Origin: Candidatus Limnocylindrales bacterium
GTDB lineage: Bacteria; Chloroflexota; Limnocylindria; Limnocylindrales; CSP1-4
Assembly: GCA_049967415.1 (NCBI GenBank)
Contig: JBMFSS010000002.1
Coordinates: forward strand, 87,717 to 151,716
DNA length: 64,000 nucleotides
Reading direction: 5' to 3'
Positions within the stretch are counted from its first letter, which is position 1, and every line of letters starts with the position of its first letter. Shown here one piece after another: positions 28,527 to 37,728 of the stretch. The notes beneath the pieces are model-generated. The model saw only the letters and a list, made by a program, of their open reading frames with translations, ran no database searches and had not been told where the DNA came from. The position numbers and the translations under genes were made by a program.

Positions 28527-29673
28527 GCGGCGTGCCGCAGTGCGGGCAGGCGTTCCCCCGCAGCGCGACGCGCGACACCCGGTAGCCGTCCCGGCGGATC
28601 AGGACCCGGCCACAGCCGCTGCAGCGCGTGTCGGTGTCGTCCTCGCCGGGGACGTTCCCCACGTAGACGTGCCGCAGTCCCGCCCGGCGCCCGATCTCGG
28701 CGGCGTCCCGAAGCGTGGCAACCGGCGTGACGGGCCAGTCGGCCATCCGATACGCGGGGTAGAACCGGCTCAGGTGCCAGGGCGTCTCCGGGCCCAGCTC
28801 CCGCGCGATCCAGTCGGCCGCCGCGGCCAGCTCGGCCGGGTCGTCGTTCTCGCCGGGCACGACCAGCGTGGTGACCTCCACCCAGATCCCCAGCCGTCGC
28901 ATCGCGACAAGGGTCTCCTTCACGGGCTCCAGGCGCGCGCCGCAGATCCGGCGGTAGAAGCGGTCGTCGAATGCCTTGAGGTCCACGTTGGCCGCGTCCA
29001 GCACCGGCGCCAGCAGTTCGAGCGCCTCCGGGGTCTCGTACCCGTTGGTCACGAACAGGTTGACGAGGCCGGCTTCGTGAGCGAGGCGCGCGGTGTCGAG
29101 CGCGTACTCGAAAAAGATGGCGGGCTCCACGTAGGTGTAGGCGATCGAGCGGGCGCCGGCCGCCAGGGCCTCCTGGACCACCTGTTCGGGCGGGAGGGTG
29201 CGCGTCGGGAGGTGGAACCCTTCGCGGGGGGCCTGGGAGATCTCCCAGTTCTGGCAGTAGCGGCAATGGAAGTTGCAGCCCACCGTGGAGATGGAGAAGG
29301 CGTCGGTGCCGGGAAGGACGTGGAAGAAGGGCTTCTTCTCGATCGGCTCGACGTGGACCGCCACCGCTTCGCCGTAGACCAGGCTCACCAGGGTCCCGTT
29401 CCGGTTCTCCCGGACCTGGCAGATCCCTGAGCGGCCCTCCCGGATCACGCAGCGATGGGCACAGACATCGCAGCGGATTGTCTGCGCCGCCGTGTGTCCC
29501 GAGAGGTGCGCGAGCGGGTCCTCCACCGGGGTGGCCAGCAGCGCCAGTGCGACGCCCCGGCCCTGGAGCGCGGGGTCCCTCGGGCGGCGTGGGTCGGGTG
29601 GCGCCCCGACCGTTGCGCCGTGCACAGCGGGGGCGTTGGTGTAGGTGTCCTGGTCCTGGACGCGAAATGGCAT
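28495..29673 (-). CDS. AmmeMemoRadiSam system radical SAM enzyme
   Basis: An N-terminal Cys cluster (CDVCAHRCVIREGRSGICQVR) is followed by the radical-SAM motif GCNFHCRYCQNW. The C-terminus ends in a CSGCG...CPHCG zinc-ribbon-like segment. Starts at MPFRVQDQ. Confidence 0.8.
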   Translation of the reverse strand: MPFRVQDQDTYTNAPAVHGATVGAPPDPRRPRDPALQGRGVALALLATPVEDPLAHLSGHTAAQTIRCDVCAHRCVIREGRSGICQVRENRNGTLVSLVYGEAVAVHVEPIEKKPFFHVLPGTDAFSISTVGCNFHCRYCQNWEISQAPREGFHLPTRTLPPEQVVQEALAAGARSIAYTYVEPAIFFEYALDTARLAHEAGLVNLFVTNGYETPEALELLAPVLDAANVDLKAFDDRFYRRICGARLEPVKETLVAMRRLGIWVEVTTLVVPGENDDPAELAAAADWIARELGPETPWHLSRFYPAYRMADWPVTPVATLRDAAEIGRRAGLRHVYVGNVPGEDDTDTRCSGCGRVLIRRDGYRVSRVALRGNACPHCGTPLAGVGLDVEP

Positions 29674-29791
29674 GCGGGAAGTATGCTCGCCAGCTCGCCT
29701 GGGCGACATGGCCGGAGGGGGCCGAATCATGCCGCCGTCCGGCCCGGGCCGGTGGATGCGCCCGGCATCGGCGCCTCCCCGCCTTGCGCCC

Positions 29792-30217
29792 TTACGTGGT
29801 GCGGAGCAGGTACGGCGACAGCCGGGCGGCGAGCTGCGGTTTCGGCAGCGCGCCCACGATCCGGTCCACTTCTCGGCCGTGCTTCAGGACGACCAGGGTC
29901 GGGATGCTGAACGCCTGGAACCGCTGGGCCAGGACGGGGTTATCGTCCACGTTCACCTTGACGACCTTGAGCCGCCCGGCGTACTCGCGGGCCAGCGCTT
30001 CCAGGGTTGGTGCCACGAAGCGGCAGGGTGCGCACCAAGGTGCCCAGAGGTCCACCAGCACCGCCACGGACGCATCCGCTTCCTGGTCGAAGGTGTCGTC
30101 GGTGGCGTGGACGAGCCACGGCAGGGTGGCCTTGCACGATGCGCAGACGGGCACCCCTCGGGGGCTGGGCCGAATCCGGTTTCGCGTTCCACAGGCCGGG
30201 CAGGTCAGGATGGAGAC
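29792..30217 (-). CDS. trxC: Thioredoxin with N-terminal zinc-ribbon (Trx2/TrxC-type)
   Basis: CPACGTRNRI...CASCKATL zinc finger, then WAPWCAPCR (WCGPC-type active site) ...FSIPTLVVLKHG. Probable GTG start near 30217. The long N-terminal extension in the ORF track is unsupported. Confidence 0.75.
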   Translation of the reverse strand, partial: VSILTCPACGTRNRIRPSPRGVPVCASCKATLPWLVHATDDTFDQEADASVAVLVDLWAPWCAPCRFVAPTLEALAREYAGRLKVVKVNVDDNPVLAQRFQAFSIPTLVVLKHGREVDRIVGALPKPQLAARLSPYLLRTT

Positions 30218-30270
30218 CGGCCCCTGGGGGCGCGGTCCAGTTGCGGCGTCGCCGGGTGTCCGAGGACCGT

Positions 30271-31722
30271 TCACGAGGGTTTCGAGAGGATCGCGATCGC
30301 CCGCAGCAGCTGCGTATCGCCGCTGGCGTTCAGCTGGGCAGGCGTGAGCTGGGAGGCGTCCGACGGCGACAGCGGCGAGGCGGTACTGGGCAGCGCCACC
30401 ACCACGTTCGGCGTGATCCCCTTGTGCCAGATCTGGTGTCCCTTGGGCGTGAGCCACTCCGCCACGCCGATGCGGACCCGCGAGCCGTCGCTCAACGCGT
30501 AGGTCTCGAGGACGGTTCCCGTCCCGAACGTGGTGACCCCCACGATGGTCGCCCGCCCGTTGTCCTGCAGCGCGCCGGCCAGGATCTCGGCCGCGCTCGC
30601 GGTGCCGTCGTCGACCAGCGCCACCATCGGGATCCGGGTGGCCGCACCACCCGACTGCGCCCGGGTGGTGGTCTCCTTGCCTGCGGCATCGCGCTGGATG
30701 AAGACCACGGTGCCGGCGGGAAGGAACTGCGAAGCCGCGCCCACCGCCTCGGAGACGTACCCCCCGGGATCGCCGCGGAGATCCAGCACCAGCGAGGTCG
30801 CGCCCGCGGCCTGGGCGGCCTTCAGCGCCGTCTTCAGCTGGGACGCCGCGTCCTGGGCGAACTGCTGGAGCTGGACGTCGGCGATGTGGGTGCCCGGCAG
30901 CATCGCCCAGGTGACGTTGGGCACGTCGATCGGGGCGCGCGTCACGGTGACCTCGCGGCTGGTGGTGGCGCCCGGATCGAGCACCTTGACCCGCACGGTG
31001 GAGCCGGTCGGACCGCGCAGCTCCGCGGCCAGGGTGTCGAACGAGTCGCCGGTCACGTCCCGGCCGTTGACGGCCAGGATCAGGTCGCCGGCCCGCAGTC
31101 CCGCCTTCTGTGCTGGGCTGCCCTCGAAGACCGAGACGATCGCTGGCCCCTGGGCCTTCATCGAGATCTCCACCCCGATCCCCTGGTAGGTCCCGGACAG
31201 GTCGGAGGAGAGGGCCGCGTACTGCTGGGGCGTCAGGAAGTCGCTGTGGCCGGTGTCGCCGAGCGCCTGGACCAGGCCCCGGATGGCGCCATAGGTCAGG
31301 TTCTGTGGATTCAGGGCAGCCCGGTCCACGTAGTGCTGCTCGACCAGGTTCCAGGCCTGGTAGAGCAGGCCGATCTCCGTTCGGGCATCCGCGGGGGGTC
31401 CGCTGCTGATGGAAGCCGTCCCGGCCGTGAGCCCGCCGCGGGCGTAGCCGACGCCGGCCAGGAAGCCCCCGGCCGCCACAATGGCCACCACCAGGAGCGC
31501 GGCCAGGCCCCGGACCGCCGCCTGGGACCGCTGCGGGGGCGAGGGCGGCCAGGTCGGGACGGCCGCAGCCAGGGCAGGGGTCGCCTCGACGCGCCGCGGC
31601 TCATCGCGGGACGGCTCTGCGGGAAGCGCCTCCCGGGGAGGTGGCTCCGCCGTCCCCGGTTCGCCGGCGGGGGGCGCGTCCGTCCGCGGGTCCTCGCCTG
31701 ATGGTTCATCGAGCGGCAACAT
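30271..31722 (-). CDS. ctpA: C-terminal processing peptidase (S41 family) with N-terminal membrane anchor
   Basis: Starts MLPLDEPSG. Has a TM segment (LAALLVVAIVAAGGFLAGV), a PDZ domain (GIGVEI...GSPAQKAGLRAGDLILAVNG) and an S41 core (LVLDLRGDPGGYV...ASAAEI). Confidence 0.85.
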   Translation of the reverse strand: MLPLDEPSGEDPRTDAPPAGEPGTAEPPPREALPAEPSRDEPRRVEATPALAAAVPTWPPSPPQRSQAAVRGLAALLVVAIVAAGGFLAGVGYARGGLTAGTASISSGPPADARTEIGLLYQAWNLVEQHYVDRAALNPQNLTYGAIRGLVQALGDTGHSDFLTPQQYAALSSDLSGTYQGIGVEISMKAQGPAIVSVFEGSPAQKAGLRAGDLILAVNGRDVTGDSFDTLAAELRGPTGSTVRVKVLDPGATTSREVTVTRAPIDVPNVTWAMLPGTHIADVQLQQFAQDAASQLKTALKAAQAAGATSLVLDLRGDPGGYVSEAVGAASQFLPAGTVVFIQRDAAGKETTTRAQSGGAATRIPMVALVDDGTASAAEILAGALQDNGRATIVGVTTFGTGTVLETYALSDGSRVRIGVAEWLTPKGHQIWHKGITPNVVVALPSTASPLSPSDASQLTPAQLNASGDTQLLRAIAILSKPS

Positions 31723-31790
31723 GGACGTGCAGCCTAGCACGGGGACGACCCCGTGCCCTTGCCGCCGGGACGCTCGTGGCTGGCGAGAGA

Positions 31791-32087
31791 TCAGCCGATG
31801 TGGGACTGGGGTGGCAGCGCGCCAGGCGATCCGGCCGGTGTGGGGGCGACCGCCCCCGTCTCCACCACGGATCCCGGTGCTGCCGGCGGGAGTGCCGCGG
31901 TTGATGCTGGGGCCGTCCCGGCAGGGGTCGAGGCTGGCGCCGCCTCCTCGCGCCCGCTCGCGGCGTCCTGGAAGCTGCGGATGGCCTTTCCGAGTGCCGC
32001 GCCCGTCTCGGGCAGCTTGCCTGGTCCGAGCACGAGTAGGGCGATCGCGAGCAGCAAAATCACGTGCCAGGGTGACAGTGCGCCCAT
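31791..32087 (-). CDS. tatA: Twin-arginine translocase subunit TatA/E
   Basis: MGALSPWHVILLLAIALLVLGPGKLPETGAALGKAIRSFQDA is the canonical TatA N-terminus. It ends in an Ala/Pro-rich tail. Confidence 0.88.
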   Translation of the reverse strand: MGALSPWHVILLLAIALLVLGPGKLPETGAALGKAIRSFQDAASGREEAAPASTPAGTAPASTAALPPAAPGSVVETGAVAPTPAGSPGALPPQSHIG

Positions 32088-32273
32088 ATCGTCTTCCTCC
32101 ATCGAGGTCGGCGAAGCGTCCCGCCGAGGAGCCTGGGCCGCGCCGACCGTGCGGGTACAGCCTAGCAGGCGCGGCCCGGCGCGCACCGGCGAAGATGGGC
32201 CCCGGCTGCCCACGGTCGCGACGCCGTGATGCCCATCCGGCCCCTGTGCGCCCGAAGAGAACCCGATGGGCGA

Positions 32274-33041
32274 TCAGTCGGCGAGGTCCACCAGCACCGG
32301 CGCGTGGTCGGAGGGGATCGGGTTCTTGCGGGCGTCGCGATCGATCTCCACGGCCGTGGCGCGTGCGGCCAGCGGCCGGGTCAGCAGGAGGTGATCGATG
32401 CGCATCCCCTGTCCCTTGTGAAACGAGCCGCCCCGGTAGTCCCACCAGCTGAACCGGCCGCCTTCCGGGTGGTGCTGCCGGTAGACGTCAACCAGCCCCC
32501 ATTCGAGGAGCGCATCGAACGCGGCCCGTTCTTCGGGCGTCACGTGGGTCGCCCCCGCAAAGGCCGCCGGGTCCCACACGTCCAGGTCGGTCGGCGCCAC
32601 GTTGAAGTCGCCGCCCAGCAGGAGCGGCTCACCCGGGTCGCGAGCCCCCAACCAGGCACGCAACCGCCCGAACCAGAGGAGTTTCGCCAGCCAGAACTCG
32701 CTGCCGACCGCGCGCCCGTTCGGGGCATAGAGGCTGGCCACGCGGACCCCGCCGCACCGGGCAGCCAGGAAGCGTGCCCCATCCGGGTCGGGGCCCTCGG
32801 CCAGACCCGGTTCGACCTCCGTGAGGCCCACGCGGCTGGCGATGGCGACGCCGTTCCAGCGGCCTTCGCCGTGATGGGCGAGCTCGTAGCCGGCAAGCCG
32901 GAACGCCAGTTCCGGCGCGGCTTCGTCCGTCAGCTTCGTCTCCTGCACCAGGAGCACGTCGACCTGGCGCCGCGCCAGCCACTCGGTGACCTTGGGCAGG
33001 CGGGCCTTCAGCGAGTTGACGTTCCAGGTCGCGATCCGCAT
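32274..33041 (-). CDS. xthA: Exodeoxyribonuclease III
   Basis: MRIATWNVNSL...LLVQETK...DFNVAP...SDHAPV motifs of the EEP-family AP endonuclease. Confidence 0.9.
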   Translation of the reverse strand: MRIATWNVNSLKARLPKVTEWLARRQVDVLLVQETKLTDEAAPELAFRLAGYELAHHGEGRWNGVAIASRVGLTEVEPGLAEGPDPDGARFLAARCGGVRVASLYAPNGRAVGSEFWLAKLLWFGRLRAWLGARDPGEPLLLGGDFNVAPTDLDVWDPAAFAGATHVTPEERAAFDALLEWGLVDVYRQHHPEGGRFSWWDYRGGSFHKGQGMRIDHLLLTRPLAARATAVEIDRDARKNPIPSDHAPVLVDLAD

Positions 33042-33092
33042 GCCATCCCCTGCTGACCCGCCAGCCGCGCCTCCTGCCGACTGGACCCTCGG

Positions 33093-33536
33093 CTACCGAG
33101 CGAGCGTCGCTGCGAGCGAGATCTCGACGTTGCCATGCAGCGCGCGCGAGACGGGGCACCCGTCCTTGGCGGCGGCCGCGATGGCCTGGAAGGCTTCCTC
33201 AGAGATGCCTGGCACGCGGGCTGTCACCTGCAGCTCGGAGCTGGCCACGGACCACTGGCCGTTGACGCGGTCGAAAGTGACGGTCGCGCTCACCTCGAGC
33301 TGCGTGGACGGCGTCCCGGCCTTCGCGAGTTCACTCGAGAGCGCCATGGAGTAGCAGGCCGCATGCGCCGCTGCAATGAGTTCCTCAGGGCTGGTCCGGC
33401 CCTCGGCTGCCTCCGTGCGAGAGGCCCACGTCACGGGGAGATCGGTGAACGCTCCGCTGGTGGCGGCTGAGACTCGGCCGGAACCGGAGGCGAGGTCGCC
33501 CTGCCAGACGACCCGGGCGCGACGACTGGTTGCCAT
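33093..33536 (-). CDS. osmC: OsmC/Ohr-family peroxiredoxin-like protein
   Basis: ~147 aa; ...AAAHAACYSMALS...KDGCPVSRAL, with the two conserved Cys of OsmC. Confidence 0.8.
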   Translation of the reverse strand: MATSRRARVVWQGDLASGSGRVSAATSGAFTDLPVTWASRTEAAEGRTSPEELIAAAHAACYSMALSSELAKAGTPSTQLEVSATVTFDRVNGQWSVASSELQVTARVPGISEEAFQAIAAAAKDGCPVSRALHGNVEISLAATLAR

Positions 33537-33670
33537 CTTGAGCCTCACTGCTGCTGGGGTTGCCCGTTGCGGCCCTCATGGTCCCACACTCGGGGGCCTC
33601 CCGCAGTCGTCGCGGTACCGCCCGGTCCGCGGTCGCCGGGCGGGCGTATTCTTTTCGGTGGGAGGCGCCC

Positions 33671-33702
33671 GTGGTCGGTGTCGGCCGTGGTCGGTGTCGG
33701 CC
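33671..33702. repeat. Perfect 16-nt tandem duplication (gtggtcggtgtcggcc x2)
   Basis: Seen directly in the sequence, upstream of the ACT-domain gene. Confidence 0.7.
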
Positions 33703-33782
33703 GCGTCGGGTTGGTCCGGTCCCAGGCACGGTCCGGGGTGGGAGTTCCCCGGTCCGCCAGGCAGCATCGACGGGAGGCCGGG

Positions 33783-34073
33783 ATGGCCATCTGGTTTACG
33801 GTCCGGCTGGATGATCGCCCCGGCTCGCTCGCGCGGCTCGCAGCGACCCTCGGGGACCGCGGAATCAATATCACCGGGATCGTGGGCGTGGCTGAGGACA
33901 CCGAGGGCGCGCTGATGCTGACGACCTCGGATGCGGACGGCACGCGGGCGGCGCTTGACGCGACCGGGATCGCTTTTGTCGAGCACGATTCGGCAGCCGA
34001 GCCTGCACCCGGGAATTTCGACGAGGTCCGGCAGGGGCTGGCCCAGCGTGGGCTCGACGTCGAGGCACGCTAG
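33783..34073 (+). CDS. ACT-domain protein
   Basis: MAIWFTVRLDDRPGSLARLAATLGDRGINITGI... is a single ACT fold of ~96 aa. The upstream part of the track ORF is not supported. Confidence 0.65.
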   Translation: MAIWFTVRLDDRPGSLARLAATLGDRGINITGIVGVAEDTEGALMLTTSDADGTRAALDATGIAFVEHDSAAEPAPGNFDEVRQGLAQRGLDVEAR

Positions 34074-34088
34074 CAAGCACGGGCAGCG

Positions 34089-34478
34089 ATGCCTGCCGAT
34101 CCGCGCCCGGGAGTGCAGGTGTTCGGCCGCCGGGACTCGCGCGACACGCAGAAAGCGTTGCGCTTCTTCAGGGAGCGGCGGATCCCGGTGCATTTCGTGG
34201 ACGTCGCGATCCGCCCGCCGGCGGCCGGGGAGCTGCGGCGGTTTGCGGATCGACTCGGGGCGACGGCGCTTCTCGACCGCGACGGCCGCCGATACCGGGA
34301 CCTGGGGCTGGCGTACCTTCGCGTCACCGAGTCTGAGCTCTTCGACCGCCTGGTGGCAGATCCCGCGCTGCTCCGCCTGCCGCTGGTCCGTAACGGGCCC
34401 GCCTGCACCGTGGGTCCCGCGGAGGCGATCTGGATCGGGTGGCTGCGCGCCGCGGCACCCGGTGAGACTCGCGGCTGA
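34089..34478 (+). CDS. ArsC/Spx/YffB-family protein (thioredoxin-fold)
   Basis: VQVFGRRDSRDTQKALRFFRERRIPVHFVDV... resembles the YffB/ArsC-family N-terminus, though the canonical Cys is replaced (no CxxC). Confidence 0.55.
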   Translation: MPADPRPGVQVFGRRDSRDTQKALRFFRERRIPVHFVDVAIRPPAAGELRRFADRLGATALLDRDGRRYRDLGLAYLRVTESELFDRLVADPALLRLPLVRNGPACTVGPAEAIWIGWLRAAAPGETRG

Positions 34479-34558
34479 GGCTGCTTGCTGACCCGTCGGG
34501 CCGCTGGTGCGGCGAGGTCCCGGGCAAACGGCGGCCCCAGGCAAGGCCGAACGCTTTG

Positions 34559-35377
34559 TCAGGGGGCCGGGATCACCAGCTTCTGGCCCACGTAGATCCT
34601 GTCCAGGTCCGTGATGCCGTTTGCGGCCGCGAGCGCCTGCACGCTCAGGCCATACCGGGCCGCGATCGAGGTCAGGGTCTCTCCCGGAGCGACCAGGTGG
34701 ATTTGCGGCGATGCGGGCGCCGGCGAGGCAAGGCCGCTCGGCACGGTGGTCGCGATCGCGGTGGGGGTGGGGCTGGGTGAGGCGGGCGACGTGGCAGGGG
34801 GGCTGGCGCTGGCGGGTATTCCCGACGCCGCGGCCGTGGGGCCGGCCGATGCACGTGCCGAAGCCGCCGCCGGTGGCCCTGCAGAGTTTGCGCGTCCGAT
34901 GAGCTCGGCCGAAAGAAACGCCAGCCCATAGCCCACGACCCCGGCGACGAGCAGTATCGCCAGCAGGGCGGAGAGGCGTGTCGCGACGGACGATGCACGC
35001 GCGGGATGGGCCCGGCTGCGGTCCGGGTCTTCGGCGCCGAGCACCACACCTGCGCGAGGCGGCGGACCGCTCCCGGCGGCGCCTGCGGCGCTGCTGTCGG
35101 GCAGGCTGGCGGCGGAAGGCGATCCTGACGCAGGCGCTGGCTCCGGGGCGGACGCCGATCCCGACGCGGGCGCTGACTCCGGGGCCGCCCGTGCCTCACC
35201 GAGGGTGGGAACGCCAAGCTCCGCCGACGCAAGCCAGTAGACGGGAGTCTCCGGGGCCGGCTCCGAACCAGCGGGCGGGCCGCCGGGGATGTCGCCCCCG
35301 GGCGACTGACGGTCTGTCTCCGCGGGATCTGGCACCACACGATGATAGAGGTGCGCGGCGCGCACCGGGGAAGGCAT
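34559..35377 (-). CDS. LysM-domain membrane-anchored protein with Ala/Ser/Pro-rich low-complexity linker
   Basis: C-terminal LysM domain (HLVAPGETLTSIAARYGLSVQALAAANGITDLDRIYVGQKLVIP) and a TM helix (LSALLAILLVAGVVGYGLAF). The start is uncertain (M48 chosen). Confidence 0.65.
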   Translation of the reverse strand: MPSPVRAAHLYHRVVPDPAETDRQSPGGDIPGGPPAGSEPAPETPVYWLASAELGVPTLGEARAAPESAPASGSASAPEPAPASGSPSAASLPDSSAAGAAGSGPPPRAGVVLGAEDPDRSRAHPARASSVATRLSALLAILLVAGVVGYGLAFLSAELIGRANSAGPPAAASARASAGPTAAASGIPASASPPATSPASPSPTPTAIATTVPSGLASPAPASPQIHLVAPGETLTSIAARYGLSVQALAAANGITDLDRIYVGQKLVIPAP

Positions 35378-35513
35378 GGAGCGCAGCACGCCGGTCGCCC
35401 CGGGCGAACCGATGCGCGCCGTGCAACGGCGCCGTGCGTGCGTCATGCTTGGCCAGTTTCGCGATGCCGACCGACCGGCCCGGTCGGCGTCCTCGGTCGC
35501 GACCCGGGAGGTG

Positions 35514-36476
35514 CGCATGCGCGTTGCGCTGATGAGCGAGCCACAGCAGGGGCTCGCCTATGACGAGCTGCTGGCACTGGCGCGTGCCGCGGAGTCCGCG
35601 GGGTTCGAGACGTTCTTCCGCTCCGACCACTACACGAGTTTCCCGGGCGAGGCGGGGCTTCCGACCACCGACGCGTGGACCACGCTGGCCGGCCTGGCCC
35701 GCGAAACGGGACGGATTGGCCTGGGGGTCCTGGTGTCGCCGGTCACGTTCCGGCCGCCGGGGCTGCTGGCGAAGGTGGTGACCACCGTCGATGAGATGAG
35801 CGGAGGGCGAGTCGAGCTCGGCCTGGGCGCCGGCTGGAACGAGCGAGAGCACGCGGAGCACGGGTTGCCCTTTCCCGACCTGCGCACGCGGTTCGACATG
35901 CTGGAGGAGCAGCTGGAGATCATCCACGGCCTCTGGGCAGAGCCGCCGGGCTGGTCCTTCGAGGGGCATTTCTGGCAGGTCCGTGGCGCGCGACTGGTCC
36001 CGCGCCCGGTGGAGCGCCGGGGCCGGCCTCACCCCAACCTGATCGTGGGCGGCGAAGGAAAGCCGCGCACGGCCCGCCTCGCCGCCCGATGGGCGGACGA
36101 GTTCAACGTCTCCGGCGCGCCCCCCGACGCGGTCCGCGCGGCCTTCGAGCGAGTGAAACAGGCCTGCGAAACGATCGGCCGCGATCCGGCCACCATGGTG
36201 CAATCGGCGATGGTGGGCGTGCTCGTGGCGCCCACCCCGGCGGGGGTGAATCGGCGCGTGCGCGCCCTCCTCGGGATGTTGGGCCGCGATGCCGAGGGGG
36301 CAGGGGAGTGGCTGGCAGAACGCCGCCCCCGCTGGATCGTCGGCACGCATGCTGAGGCGCTTGAGCAGGTGGCTCGTTACGCGGCAGCCGGCGTCCAGCG
36401 GATCATGCTGCAGGACCTGCTGCCGCGGGACCTCGAGATGGTGCAGGAACTCGGCGAGCTGTTCGAGCTGCGCTAG
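35514..36476 (+). CDS. LLM-class (luciferase-like) F420-dependent oxidoreductase
   Basis: MRVALMSEPQQG...FFRSDHY...GRVELGLGAGW motifs typical of F420-dependent LLM oxidoreductases. The start is at the internal ATG 35514. Confidence 0.75.
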   Translation, partial: RMRVALMSEPQQGLAYDELLALARAAESAGFETFFRSDHYTSFPGEAGLPTTDAWTTLAGLARETGRIGLGVLVSPVTFRPPGLLAKVVTTVDEMSGGRVELGLGAGWNEREHAEHGLPFPDLRTRFDMLEEQLEIIHGLWAEPPGWSFEGHFWQVRGARLVPRPVERRGRPHPNLIVGGEGKPRTARLAARWADEFNVSGAPPDAVRAAFERVKQACETIGRDPATMVQSAMVGVLVAPTPAGVNRRVRALLGMLGRDAEGAGEWLAERRPRWIVGTHAEALEQVARYAAAGVQRIMLQDLLPRDLEMVQELGELFELR

Positions 36477-36536
36477 TCGCTGCGGGCCGGACGGGCCCAT
36501 GACGGTTGTTCGTCCGCGCGCTCCGCGGGCGAGGCA

Positions 36537-37049
36537 TCAGCGAATGAGGCCGATCCGTGCCGGCGGCCAGTAGCGCGCCCAGGGCCGCCCGATGACCGTT
36601 GCCGGGTCCACCGGCCCGAATGTCCGTGAATCGGTCGAGCGGAGCGTGTCGTCGCCGCGCAGGTCCAGTCGGCCCTCGGGTGTGGTCGCGTGGACACGCT
36701 TCACGAGCCAGCGGGATGGGTCGCGCGGGTCCGGGACCGCCACCAGGTCGGATGCTCGCGGCGGGTGCGATCGGTAGGCGTCGGGGTCCACCAGGACCCA
36801 GTCCCCGGGGTGCAGGAGCGGGCGCATGCTGTCACCGACGACCGCGCAGCGGAAGGTCCAACTTCGGAACGCCCGCGCCAGCGGGGGGGCGAGTGCGATG
36901 CCGGCGGCCGCGAGCAGGATCCCGGCCCGGAGGCCGGCCCGGAAGCGCGCATCGGCTCCCTGGCCGGCCCCTGGATTGCTGTCATCGCGCGGGGCCACCG
37001 AAGGGTTCCCCCGTCCTGGGCCCGGGCGGGGACCTGCTGGCTGCGACAC
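36537..37049 (-). CDS. sodX: Nickel-type superoxide dismutase maturation protease (S26 family, SodX)
   Basis: CAVVGDSMRPLLHPGDWVLVD...WLVKRVHAT...GDDTLRSTDSRTFGPV are S26 signal-peptidase-like catalytic motifs. It lies immediately downstream of sodN. Probable GTG start ~37049. The longer track ORF overlaps sodN and is not credible. Confidence 0.75.
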   Translation of the reverse strand: MSQPAGPRPGPGRGNPSVAPRDDSNPGAGQGADARFRAGLRAGILLAAAGIALAPPLARAFRSWTFRCAVVGDSMRPLLHPGDWVLVDPDAYRSHPPRASDLVAVPDPRDPSRWLVKRVHATTPEGRLDLRGDDTLRSTDSRTFGPVDPATVIGRPWARYWPPARIGLIR

Positions 37050-37069
37050 CGCGACGCCGGCCGAGGCGG

Positions 37070-37504
37070 TCAGGCCGTCGGCCGGCCGCCCTTGGTCTCC
37101 CAGAAGATGTCTCCGAACTCCTTGACGAGCGCCAGTAGATCGGCTGCCGCCTGGGCGTCCACCGTCTGCTTGCACTTGCTGGCCTGCTTCATGATCCGCC
37201 AGACGAGGTCGTGCAGCTGCGGGTACTTCGCCACGTGCTCGGGCTTGAAGTAGTCGCCCCAGATCACCCGCACCTCGTGCTTGACGGACTCGGCGTACTT
37301 CTCCTTGACTTCGACCATGCGGATGAACTGGTTGCGCTGGGTGGGATCGTCGCCGAGGTTCTGGTTCATCAGCTCGACCATGCGAGCCACTGACCGGGCC
37401 CCGTATTCGGCGATCGACGGATCGTAGATCCCGCACGGGATGTCACAGTGAGCGTGGAGCGCGTGGCGCGGCGCGATGGCGGTCTCGATTCGTTCGCGAA
37501 GCAC
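37070..37504 (-). CDS. sodN: Nickel-containing superoxide dismutase precursor
   Basis: A pro-peptide (MLRERIETAIAPRHALHA) is followed by the Ni-hook HCDIPCGIYDP. Confidence 0.92.
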   Translation of the reverse strand: MLRERIETAIAPRHALHAHCDIPCGIYDPSIAEYGARSVARMVELMNQNLGDDPTQRNQFIRMVEVKEKYAESVKHEVRVIWGDYFKPEHVAKYPQLHDLVWRIMKQASKCKQTVDAQAAADLLALVKEFGDIFWETKGGRPTA

Positions 37505-37604
37505 GGTGGTCCCCTCCGGGTACGGGCGTAGACCTGGTCATCGTGCCACGGAAGTGGCCCCCGTGCTCGTTGGCGAGCGGCCCTCGGCCGTTGCCAGGGG
37601 CGGG

Positions 37605-37710
37605 CGGCGGCAGGAGCGGCCGGCGGCAGGAGCGGCCGGCGGCAGGAGCGGCCGGCGCGCTGTCGGGGCGCCAGCGGGGTATCGGAGCCGGCGCGCTGTC
37701 GGGGCGCCAG
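37605..37710. repeat. Tandem repeats in the 5' region of the LysM gene: three perfect 16-nt units (cggcggcaggagcggc) followed by a 22-nt unit (cggcgcgctgtcggggcgccag) present twice
   Basis: Seen directly in the sequence, 20-120 nt upstream of the probable ATG at 37729. Confidence 0.75.
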
Positions 37711-37728
37711 GGTCGGTATCATGCCGCC

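Noticed and set aside
37605-37710. CRISPR array, suggested by the tandem repeats here (also 33671-33702 and 49896-49976)
   Set aside because: The units are 16-22 nt, contiguous or nearly so, with no unique spacers of CRISPR length and no cas genes. They are simple tandem duplications.
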